DNA of 63,711 nt, filler included, from Reclinomonas americana ATCC 50394 (Eukaryota), in the NCBI GenBank assembly GCA_048213135.1. It is 13 parts of 13 records of this genome, joined end to end, with 100 filler letters (N's around TTAATTAATTAA, not from the genome) between each part and the next. Parts side by side here need not be neighbours in the genome. Positions count along the whole stretch, not along the records: positions 53,138 to 59,799 come from AFZH01022628.1; positions 59,900 to 62,391 come from AFZH01022631.1; positions 62,492 to 63,711 come from AFZH01022634.1; 10 more parts are not named here. One strand, 5' to 3'. Shown in pieces: positions 53,183 to 63,711 of this stretch (the stretch's first letter is position 1; the number at the start of each line of letters is the position of its first letter). A program made the translations under genes and the position numbers. The notes beneath the pieces were generated by a model. It worked only from the letters and a program-made list of their open reading frames with translations. It was not told where the DNA came from and did not search any database.

Positions 53183-56100
53183 GTCGACAACGCCGATGCC
53201 GTGTTCAAGTTGTGGCGTCACTCGGGCTACGAACCCGGCAAGAAGGTGCCGACGAACTACCCCGAGGAGTATTTCGGCCGCTACACCGTCAAGCAGGAGC
53301 TGATTGTGATGCTCATTGGCCGTCTGCGAAGTGACGACTTGTACCAGCAGACGTCGTACTACCCGAGCCCACACCACCGCTCAGTGGCGCTCGCCACCCA
53401 GGCCGCCATGCTGTACATTTTGCTGTACTTCGCTCCGCACATTTTGAGTCGCGAGGGAGTTGCGTCTCACCCACCCCTTCTCACCTGTGTGTTGGCGCGA
53501 ACGAGTTCCTGACTCGTGTCGCGTGGCGCAGGCTGTCATGCGTGAAATTGTCGACAAGCATTTCCCCGACAATTGGGTCATCTCCTTCTGGATGGGCTAC
53601 ACTGTCGATCTGACCACTGCCTGGGCCGGCTACAAGGCCGCCTCGGATGCGCTGAACAACATTGTGCAGCCGCTGCAGATTCGCGAACTTGGTGCGTGTC
53701 CCCTGGCGAGATGCAGTACTTCTTTCTCTCTGTGTGTGTCTCATTTTGCGCACCAGCCGTGTCACACTGGGACCGCATGGTCTCGCTGCGAGAGGAGGTC
53801 GCTCACTACCTCACGGAGGGCGTGCTGGTGGAGGACTTTGTGCTCGACAACATCAGCCGCATGTTGAACTGCCTGCGCAACTGCAACGTCACCCTCCGCT
53901 GGATCATCATGCACCGCATTTGCGAGAAGAAGAAGATTGCCGAGATCGTGTTGGGTGGCCCCGGTCCGCAGGAGATCCTCGTGCTGCTGCTGAACGTGTC
54001 GCAGTTCGAGTTCCTGTTGCGTGAAATGTTCCAGAAGCTGCTCGACGAGAAGGTCGACAAGTGGACGGCCAACCGTTCGGCGGCCTCGTCCAAGATGTCG
54101 GAGCTGGGTGCGTTGACTTGTGTCGTCTTGCCACCACACCGCCCATCACTCAACATGTACTAACATGCCACGCGCAGCGGACTACTACGGTGGCGAAAAG
54201 GTGCTGTCGGCCAAGAACAAGGACGAGCAGCTGATGAAGTGGTTCCAGGACATTGCACAAAAGATTACAGAGCTGGACTTTGACGACTCCACGCTGGCTG
54301 GCCGCAAGATTCAGGAGCTCATTCGTGCGCTGGAGGAAGTCGAGCAGTTCCACCAAGTGGAGTCCAACCTGCAAGTGCGCCAGCATCTGATCGACACCCG
54401 CGAGTTGCTGCGCAAGATGATCCGCATCGTCAACGTTCGCGAGGAAGTGCTGGTCACTATTGCGCAGGTGCGAGACGAACCATCCCGTGTTTGCATTCTG
54501 CGCAATTGCATGATCATTCACTCGTGCGTGCGAACAGGTCGGCGATATTTCCTACGCCTGGGAGATTATCAACGCGTACGTGCCACTCATGCAGGAAATG
54601 CTCAAGCAGTTGCGTCGCTAGGTCGCCATCTTGTCCTCTCTCCGCTGCCGTCACTGACCCCCAATCCTGCCGCTGCTCATGCAGAGACCCGTACATTGTG
54701 ATCAAGCTGCGCTCCACCTTCCTCAAGCTGGCCTCCATGATGGAGATTCCGCTGGTGCGCATTACGCAGGCCAACTCACCCGACTTGGTCTCCGTCTCGA
54801 ACTACTACTCTGGTGTGTCTGCTACGCGCCCCCCCTTATTTGTGAGGTTGATGTCGGCTGCTGACTCGCGCGCGCTCATGCTGTTGCAGGCGAGCTGGTG
54901 AAATTCGTGCGCCGCGTGCTGGAAATCATTCCGATCAGCATGTTTGAGCTGTTGAAGGAGCTGATTCATCTGCAAACCAACGAAATCCGCGAGTTGCCGA
55001 CTAGATTGCCCAAGGCCGAGTTGAAGGAGTTGCGTTTTTCGTTTTTGAGAAGGCGGGTGAGGGAGCAGTCATCTCACTTGTTGCCGTTCGCAGCTACGCA
55101 CAACTAGAAGAGCGCTATCGCTTGGCCCGATACACCCACCAAATCTCCAAGTTCACGGAAGGCATTCTGGCTATGGAGACAACGCTGATGGGTGTTGTCA
55201 GTGTCGACCCGAAGCAGCTTCTCGAGGACGGTATCCGCAAGGTGTGCATTTTCCCCCTCTCCCACTATGATTGCCCTCGCTTCTGAATTGTGTGTGCTCG
55301 GCAGGAACTTGTGCGCCAGTTGGCCAGCTCGCTGAACCAGATGTTGGTGTTCCGCTCGTCGCGTGTGGACGAGTTCGAAGACCGCCTGCAGCAGCTCGGC
55401 ACGACACTGCGCGGTGTGTTCAAGTCCTTTGAGTACATTCAGGACTTTATCGGCATCTACGGGTGCGTGTGTGTGTGTGCGCTCGTGCATGTGTCTGTTG
55501 TGGTCAACTTCTTCCTCACCATCTTGCTTGCGGTGGACAGTCTGCGCATCTGGCAGAACGAAATGTCGCGCACCATTGCATTCAATGTGGAGCAGGAATG
55601 CAATCGGTACGGAGGCAGAGTGTGCGCTTCATGGACCTCATGTGCCTCACCCGCTCCGCGCCCACAGGTTCTTGCGCACCAAGGTGCTCGACTGGCAGTC
55701 CAAGTACCAGAGCGAAGTGATTCCCATTCCCCGCTTCCCGCCCACCGATGAGTTGCGTCCCCATGCGGCCATCACCTTTTCCCCCGCACGACCTCATGGT
55801 GCCGCCGCTCGTAGACACTCAACCAACTTTATGGGTCGCCTGACGCGCGAGCTTCTCGCGCAAACGGATCCGCGTCGCGTCACATACGTCGACCCCATGA
55901 CTGCCTGGTTCGACAACTCTGGACGGTGTGTATCTCGGATGTTGTCTTTGTTAGTCCTCTGTTCCCCTGTTCCTTTGTGTGTTCTCATCCCGACGAGCAA
56001 CCGTGCAGCGAGATTGTGGGCATCCGCACCTTCAGTCTGGTGCGCAGCAGTGTCGGAGTGTTTGGTCTCAGCGGCGTCGACAGTCTGCTCTCGTTCATGA

Positions 56101-57328
56101 TTGTCGACTGTCTCCAACGCTTCTGCACGCACTACGGCCGTGAGGTGACTTGTTTGGTTGCCTGTGTGTTCGTGTGTGTGTGCCACTGCGCGCGGTCTCA
56201 TCTAGGCAGCGCAGGTGGATCGTCAGCTGAAGGAGCACCTGAAGGCCATCAACGAGATGTGCAACCAGACGAACACGCTCAACATGGAGGGTGCTCGTGT
56301 GTTCTCGCACTCCTCGCACAGACTGCACAAGCAGTTCGGCTTTATCACATGTGCGTTCGATCTTGAGCTTTTTGCTGTTTGACTTGCTGTGTACTCAATT
56401 TTCCCTCTTGCGCAGCTGCCATTTTGTTTGTCGGTCAAGCGCAGTTTATTCGGCGGCACATTGCCAACGAGCTCAATGTTGCGTTCCTGGTTCCCTGCGC
56501 ACCACACAAGTCTGCCTGCTCACTTGTGTGTGCCGACAGTTCCTGTGCAAACTCGACTCAACGTCGCTCTCGTGTGCACTGGATGCCTTCAACATGTCGC
56601 TGATGAAGGACATTCGCGCCCACTACCACAGGTGAGTGTGCCTCCTCCCTCCCCTTCCTGCGTAGAGCTCCCTATTGACAATCCCGCGCGTCAGCCCCGA
56701 CACGTACCACTATCCACCGGAGGAGAACACGCTGCTGTCGGATCTCACCGAGTTGTTCCAGTCGAGTGGCATGGATCCGGCGTTCGCCAAGATCTATATC
56801 ACGCACGACCCGCTGCCGGAGTTTGCGACCATGTTGTCGCTGTATGTGGCCTACCAGTTGTCGCGCATGCAGTATGACCCGCGTCTCGGTACGTTTTGAC
56901 ATGTTGGCGGTGTCTTGGCTGTCTCTTCGTGTGCGTATTCATCACCATTCGTGCAGGAACTCTGATTGTTCGCACCAAGAACGACCAGTTCGACGGCTCG
57001 GTGTTGGCCGCCGGCGTGGCCACGCTGCTCAAGCAGTTCCACTACTCGACCACGGTGGAGTTTGTGACGCTGCTTGGACACCACGTCAAGTGCCTGGTCG
57101 AGTCGGCGCAGGCGCAACCACGGTTTGTGCGCTTCCCCGTCCCGTTGCTCGTAGTGAAAGTGCTGAAGTGTGTTTCGCAGTGATTCCAAGGCACCGGTGG
57201 TGCCGGTCGACGTGACCAACACGCTCGTGTTCCTGGAGCACTTGTGTGAGCTGGCCGGCATTCCGCGCAAGGTGGTGGCCGATGTGATCCCACCAGCAAT
57301 TTTTGACTTGCACACCGCCGCACTGTGA
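53183..57328 (+). CDS. WASHC5: Strumpellin (WASH complex subunit 5), 5' truncated, 18 internal introns traced
   Basis: [101 protein letters not shown]. Confidence 0.95.
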
Positions 57329-57450
57329 GAGTGTGCATTCGTGCTGTTATTTGCTGTCGAGGCGAGCAAACAATACATAACAACATCGTGAAATACATTA
57401 TTCTGATGCAAGGCGCGTGAGGGACGAACCAGCAGCAGCGGACGCCGCGC

Positions 57451-58024
57451 TCAGTCATCACCGTGTGCCGGCAACAGGCCCAACTTCTTGTCAAAGTCAT
57501 CCAAATCGCACTTGACTGTGCGCGCTTCATCGTCTTTTTCACGCTTCTGTGCCTTGAAGTAGTAGCTCCGTTCCCAATACGCAGCCGACACACCAGTGCT
57601 ATCCACCGTCTCCATGGCATCCTCACCTGAGCACACCAATAAGTACACAGAACGAGAAACCTGAAGGAAGCTTGCATGCAGGCAGGAAAAGAAGACAGAG
57701 AAGCTCTCTTTCCCCCTACACGCAACTCATCATGTCGGCCACCTTTCGCCGATTCATATCCGCGCTCGCCACCGTCGACCCGGCCTTGAAGAACTCTGGC
57801 GCATACTCCGACCGCGCATACGCCTTATCGCCCGGTCTGCGCTCCGGCACACCGCCTCGCCGATCACCAACGCGTACCTTTCGCGTCATCGACTCCTCCA
57901 GCACCGACAGACCACTCGACGGCGTCACGGTGCGGATCTTGCGGTCCATGTGCGCCGGATCCATGCTATCAGTCACTGCAGGCAGGAGACGAAGACGAAT
58001 GTCAGCGGCGCGACACACACACAT

Positions 58025-58055
<31 letters not shown>

Positions 58056-58556
58056 CGCGACTTGTTGGGCTCAAGTGCCGCCGCTGTGAGCGGTTCGGCG
58101 GTGGACACGGCGCATAGGTGAGATGCTTGCGATTGTCGGCGCGTGTAAAGGGCACCACTGTGGGCAGAATGCGAATTCCACCGCCTCGAGGCTCCGGAGC
58201 TAGTCGACCACTCAAATGAGCATATACTCTCATGTACACATGCGCATGGATGGAGGCACACTCACCAGAGGGGACCTTGTCAAAGTGCCTGCGCTGTGGA
58301 ATGTTATCCGAGGGGCCTGCCAGTCAACCCGCGTGAGTCACACGCACACACTCTTTCTCTCTACACACAGATGACTCACCGAGCATTGAGCGCTCATCAG
58401 AGAGTGTCGGCAAGATGCCATCCACAGGCGTCAGTGCCATGGCCGATCGTGCTCGTCTCTCATGCAAGTGAAACCGTGATTTCCTGTGCACACAATGAGC
58501 GCGTGACACACACTAAGAGCACACACGCGCATGTGCACATACCCCAAGTCACCCAT
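57451..58556 (-). CDS. SPATS1/SASRP1-like (probably ciliary) protein, multi-exon
   Basis: RGGVPERRPGDKAYARSEYAPEFFKAGST resembles the recalled SPATS1 GIP..PGD.PY..PE.S..F.KAGS motif; C-terminal E..V..LD.F/W helix. Confidence 0.6.
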
Positions 58557-58668
58557 GATGAGAGTCGCGCGTTGAGTGGAGAAACGCCGTGATTGGACAG
58601 TGTGTGACGTGTTTGCTTGATTGTCACACAGCCGTTTTGTTGTTTGTGATTTTTCTTTTTTGTCTTCC

Positions 58669-59799
58669 ATGGCGCACAGTCACGCTCGTGGAGGCCTCGA
58701 CGTGCTTCGCCATGCGCCTGTTGATGCAGCGCATCCGCAGCAGAATCTGGAGGCGCACTTGGTCAGCACTCTGGGGCGACTGATGGAGTGCCGGTCAGTT
58801 GTTGTTTGATGTTGGTGTTGCTGTGTTCTTCTCAGTCTCTCACTGTGTGTGTCTCTCAGTCCACTGGAGCCGGCCAAGTACTTGGACGGCTTCTCGCGGG
58901 CGACCACGCATGGTGGCGCGCTGGTACCGCCTGCTGGTGTCGGTCCAAACGTACTGCCGAGTCAGCAGGAGAAGAAAGAGGTACTTGCTAATTGCACACA
59001 CACACACACGCGCGCGCCTACCTCTTGCACTCACCCGCACACTCCATGCAGGGCCCATCGGTGGACACCACCGAGAGCACCAGCGATCATCAAGCGTACA
59101 TTGAGCTGATTTACGTTGCGTTTTGTCTCTCTCTCTCTCTTACACTCTCTCTTGTCCCTCGTTGCCGACGTGCTCCACTGCGCAGCCGCCGAAGAAGGCC
59201 AAGGAGAAGGCGGCGGAGGGCGGGGAGGACAACGAGGAGGAGGCAGAGGCGGAGGAGGAGAAGAACGAGGGCAATGTGCCGGATGTGGTCAGTGAGCTGG
59301 GCCTGGCGGAGCAGGCGGGCTACGGGCTGCCCCTGGACGAGGTGTACCGCCTGCAGCTGTCGTTGAAGAAGCTGGTGGAGAAGAATCCGCTGGAGAGCGT
59401 GCGCTTCTTTGGCAAGATCTTTGGCACGCAGCGCAACTATTATGTGGTGGAGGCCGTGTACAAGGAGGGCAGCCGTCCGCGCGCCGAGTATCTGCGTTGC
59501 GTGCTGCTGTCGACGATGGGGGGTGCGGGAAAGTGATGGTGTGGCTGACTGCGATTGTTGCAGCGCCGGAGCCGGTGGAGGGCGAGGAGCCACCGGCAGA
59601 GGAGGCGGAGGAGGGTGATGGCGATGCACCTGAGGGCGAGGAGGCTGGCGGCGAGAAGAAGGCATGCACGGCGTCGGTTTCCTTTTCTCCTCTCCACGTG
59701 CGAGTGACGACTGACCGTGTGTGTGTGTGTGTGCAGTCAACAAAGACGCCGCCGGAGGAGAACCTCGGCACGAACCAGTTCCGCTACTTTGTGTGCAAT
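58669..59799 (+). CDS. Flagellar radial spoke head protein RSP4/6 family, 3' truncated
   Basis: EQAGYGL...LSLKKL...VRFFGKIFGTQRNYYVVEA; PPEENLGTNQFRYFVCN. Confidence 0.92.
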
Positions 59800-59899
59800 N
59801 NNNNNNNNNNNNNNNNNNNNNNNNNNNNNNNNNNNNNNNNNNNTTAATTAATTAANNNNNNNNNNNNNNNNNNNNNNNNNNNNNNNNNNNNNNNNNNNN

Positions 59900-61917
59900 T
59901 CTCTCTCTCTCTCTCGCGCGCGCTCACCTCAAGCACTGCCACCTCAATGGGTTTTCCGTGCACGAGGCGCGCTCTTGAGAAGTCCACCTGCACTGTCTTG
60001 ACCATGACGGCAGACTCGGAGACGCCCGGCCCTCCCGATCCAGCAGCCGCAGTGGGTGGTTGATCAGCAGCGACAGTCGTCGTACCACCAGGTGCACCTT
60101 GTCTATTTTTCTCAGACTGCAAGAGATCGACAGACCATCAGCGTCGATTACATCAACAGTGATGATGAAACAAAGGGGCACATCCACAATACCGGTGTCA
60201 TCTTGGACTGATTTCGAACCAGCTCTTCAAGTGCCGCGGCGGGTGTCATCGTGAATAATCCACTGAGGTCAAGAGGACGAGACACTTCATGCAATGCCAG
60301 GAGTGCAATTCGCACCACGGTCCACGGAAGGAGTGGAGCCAAGCTGCTTTCATCAACGAGATGGTACACGAACAGTGTCGTCTGCAAATCAGCAAATCAG
60401 CACACCGCTATGCACCACCTTGAAAACAACACGGATGCAAACACACCTTCTGCTGCGTTCCACCAACAGTTGCTTCGACAGGTACAGCTCGCATCTGCAG
60501 CAATTGTACAGTTGCACCGAATTGCAGCCAGCCATAAACACGTTGCTGGCGCAGCTCTTCGTCGTTCCGCACGCGCTTCGATCGCGCCCACAGTGCGTAC
60601 GCCATCTGCAAGAGAAGTTTGAACTTGTCCGTGTGTTGCTGTTGCTCGTTTGTGGATTTGGCCTTGATCTCGCCGATGAGAACAGAGTTCTCTGGGTCAA
60701 GCCGACGGATTTGCAGGTCCGATCTTGGAGCCGTGAGGCCGTACAACCAAGGAAGTGCCTCATTGCCCAGCACTTGGACAGACTCGTTCGCATGCTGCGC
60801 ACAAAGATGCACTGTGATTGACAAGAGCGAGACGTGCTGCAACTGCTAATCAACGAAGCACTCACCAAACATAAATTCAGCACAGCTGCTGTCGTTAGCA
60901 CTTGAAGAGGCATTTCAGCTAACCCAGCCACCCTGGGCAAGCGTTGCAATAACGTCCACGGGCACCAAGAGCGGAACTCCTGGTATGGGAGCACGCTCTC
61001 CATATTCTGCTCCCACGAATCACGTTGCACGGCGACAGCTGGTCCTGCCACTGGTGCTGGCATTGCATTCGGAGCACCAGTTAGCAGCTGCATTGCCGCC
61101 GCACTACCCAGCACATTCTACCATTAGCGCACGCCACACTCGAGAGCAACGAGTCGATGGAAACAACTCACCATCGCTGGCGGTACACCGCAGCGGTACC
61201 GGCACTGCAACACATCCAACAGTCAGTCACTGCGCCTGTCGAATCAAAACCACCTGAGAGCGGTTCTTGCTTACTGCACCTGTTCTCGAATGCGCTCTTG
61301 ATCGCCTGCAACTCAGGACATGCGTCGATCTGCCACTGGCCATCAGCGGGGAAGTCGGCTCCGCTGAGCACAATTCCAGCTTGTGCAAGGTTAGCATTGC
61401 CATCGAGGGAGAGACCCGAATCGTTGGGAATCCAGCCTGCCACATGATCTACGACACGGCAGAGAGTGAGCGTCGTGAGCGTGCATGCACAGAGTGTTGG
61501 CATAATTTACATAACGATCAATGACGTCGCGTGGGATGGCGTTCTCAAGACGGAGGTTTGAGCGCTCCTTGAACAGCTCTGTCGACACCACACACGACAA
61601 CAACGTCACAGCGTGAGTGTTGTTCGACAACGGGAGAAGAGCGGAGATGAGAGTTGGCGAACCACTTGTTGACAACTCGTCTGATGTTCCTGATATGTGC
61701 GACGAACACATACAAAACAAGTGAGAGAGAGAGAGAGAGACAGAGAGGAGTGAGAGAGATGACTGTGATTGTGCCACGACTGTTGTCACACACACTCACC
61801 CGTGCATTGTCGTTTCTGTGGCGGCTCGTCTTCACCAGTATCATCCTCAGAGGCATCCCGCGCACGCTTCCCACTCACTCCAGCAGCAGCAGACTCGTCA
61901 GGGCTCTCATCTGCCAT
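59900..61917 (-). CDS. Multi-exon PD-(D/E)xK (restriction-endonuclease-fold) protein followed by a possible kinase N-lobe; 3' truncated
   Basis: Spliced model: MADESP..KRAR..KRQ; AEMPLQ; GNEALPW; RSDLQI...VLIGEIK; DKFKLLLQM; VYGWLQFG; later VMVK...IEVAVLE|GTGAGC. Confidence 0.6.
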
Positions 61918-62192
61918 CTGATGAAACTACAGGACAGAAGCGCGAGGCGAGGAAGAACACAGCCCTTGTCGGCTCTGCTGCGTGGAGGACAGAAGGAGAC
62001 ACTGTGTGCACCTGGGCTGCACCGCTCGCTCGTGATAGGAAATCATTATTGCCAAAAAAACAAACATCCACCATGCACTCATTACTTCGCCACCAGCTCA
62101 CAAATGCACCCAAAAAACATCACACAAACGAAGCATGGAACGTTGACAATAGGAAGAGAAGCAGAGAGAGAGAGAGAGAGGAAAGGGAGAGC

Positions 62193-62391
62193 TTACTCCA
62201 GCAGGTCGGCACGCGGAAGGCAGCAGTCGGGAATGCCAAACGCATCGCAAATATCGAGCGAGTACGCGGTGAGGTTGTGTGCAAGCGTCTCGTACGCCTC
62301 CTGATTCAGCCGACCCATTTCCGCACACACCACATTGTTGGCTGCCAAACAGACAACAGAGATTGATATCGGAGAAGAGACGGCAGACAAG
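62193..62391 (-). CDS. C-terminal fragment resembling acyl-CoA oxidase
   Basis: SLDICDAFGIPDCCL resembles the ACOX C-terminal LVDAFGIPD..L motif. Confidence 0.5.
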
Positions 62392-62491
62392 NNNNNNNNN
62401 NNNNNNNNNNNNNNNNNNNNNNNNNNNNNNNNNNNTTAATTAATTAANNNNNNNNNNNNNNNNNNNNNNNNNNNNNNNNNNNNNNNNNNNN

Positions 62492-63711
62492 ATCAGCTTC
62501 TGCGCCTCGGCGTAGAGCGCGCGGCGCTTGGCCTCGTCGACCGTGGCCCTTGCCTCGAAGACGAGCTTGTCGAAGACCAAGTTGTTCCAGCGCGTCTCGT
62601 TCCAGGCGGCGTTGGAGGTGTAGAGCAGCGAGAAAATGGCGTCGGCCGTCGCCTGCATGTTGTAGAAGCCGACATAGAACGAGCCCTTCTTCCAGACCTG
62701 GTCGAGATAGGTCGCGTGCGGCATGGTCTCGACCTTGATGTCGAAGCCGGCGGGCTTGGCCATCTCGCGCAGGGCGACGGCGAGCTGGGTACGCTGGCCC
62801 GGCCGGTCGGAGGCGATCAGCGTCGCCTCCAGCCCCTTCGGATAGCCGGCCTCAGCGAGCAGCGCCTTGGCCTTGGCGATGTCGGCCTTCCTCAGAGGCT
62901 GCTCGGCATAGAAGCGATAGGCCGGGTTGAGCGGGGTGTCGTTGCCGGCCGAGCCGAAGCCTTCGGTGACGAAATCGACCATCGCGGCGCGATCGACGGT
63001 GAGCGCCAGCGCCTGGCGCACGCGCACGTCATTGAACGGCTTCTGGTCGCAGCCGAAATTGACGTTGCAGAACTGGCCCGAGGGCACGCGGAGCGCCTTC
63101 ACGCCCGACGCCTTCTGCAGACGGCCGAACTCGGTTGGCGGGGTGGTGGTGATGAGATCGGTATCGCCCGAGATCAGCGCGGAGGCCTCGGCGCTGACGT
63201 CCGGGTAGACCACCACCTCGATCCGGTCGAGATAGGGCCGCTCCTTGTCGTAGAACGCCTCATTGCGGGCGACGACGATCAGCCGCTCCGGCTCGAAGGA
63301 GACGAGCTTGAACGGGCCGGTGCCGACCGCCTGGCGATCGAGCTTCTCCAGCCCGCTCTTGATCACCGCAGCCGGCACGACCTTGGCGTTGGTATAGGCC
63401 AGCGTCACCGGCAGGTCGGCGAAGGGCGCCGACAGGCTGAAGACGACGGTGGCGTCGTCCTTCGCCGCGACCTTGGCGATCGGCCCGACATTCTGGCGCG
63501 CGGGCGACGCGGTCTTGGCGTCGAGGATCGCCTCGAAGGTCGCGACGACATCGTTGGCGGTGCAAGGGGAGCCGTCATGGAAGGTCAAGCCCTTGCGCAG
63601 GACGAAGGTCCACTCGGCCAAATCGGCGGAATTCGTCCAGGATTCAGCAAGATCGGGCTCGGCGCTCATGTCTGGCTTGAGCCGCGTCAGGCCGGAATAG
63701 AGCAGTTCGGC
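62492..63711 (-). CDS. Bacterial ABC transporter substrate-binding protein, family 5 (Dpp/Opp/Nik-like); both ends truncated
   Basis: PDLAESW..W.F.LRKG..FHDG; GTGPFK; PYLDRI; PFNDVRVRQAL; AKAKALLAEAGY; intronless, higher GC, no microsatellites. Confidence 0.93.

Overview
The window is 13 contigs joined by 12 artificial 100-nt spacers (44 N + TTAATTAATTAA + 44 N). Contigs 1-12 come from a GC-rich, gene-dense microbial eukaryote with many short GT-AG introns, microsatellites and the standard genetic code. It is aerobic (Rieske protein) and flagellated (radial spoke head). Recognisable genes: katanin p60, Rieske Fe-S protein, SPINDLY-type GT41, a stand-alone orotate PRTase, an RNMT2-like cap methyltransferase, a RETSAT-like oxidoreductase, four GNAT paralogues, strumpellin, SPATS1-like, RSPH4/6 and an FN3-repeat surface protein with a GPI-like tail. 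The last contig is bacterial (family-5 ABC solute-binding protein). Main observations: (1) a pervasive one-base-shifted 5' splice-site class (GTTGCG/GTTGAG/GTTATG), used mostly when the exon does not end in G; (2) a tightly packed GNAT array in which three copies end in PTS1 (-AKL) and a fourth lacks it but has a presequence-like N-terminus; (3) a PD-(D/E)xK nuclease plus probable kinase gene (Crinkler-like); (4) a Rag-like GTPase domain fused to a long unknown protein; (5) a CCCH-vWA fusion; (6) a cluster of small intronless hydrophilic proteins. Gene models were traced by hand and family calls come from recalled motifs, not database searches.
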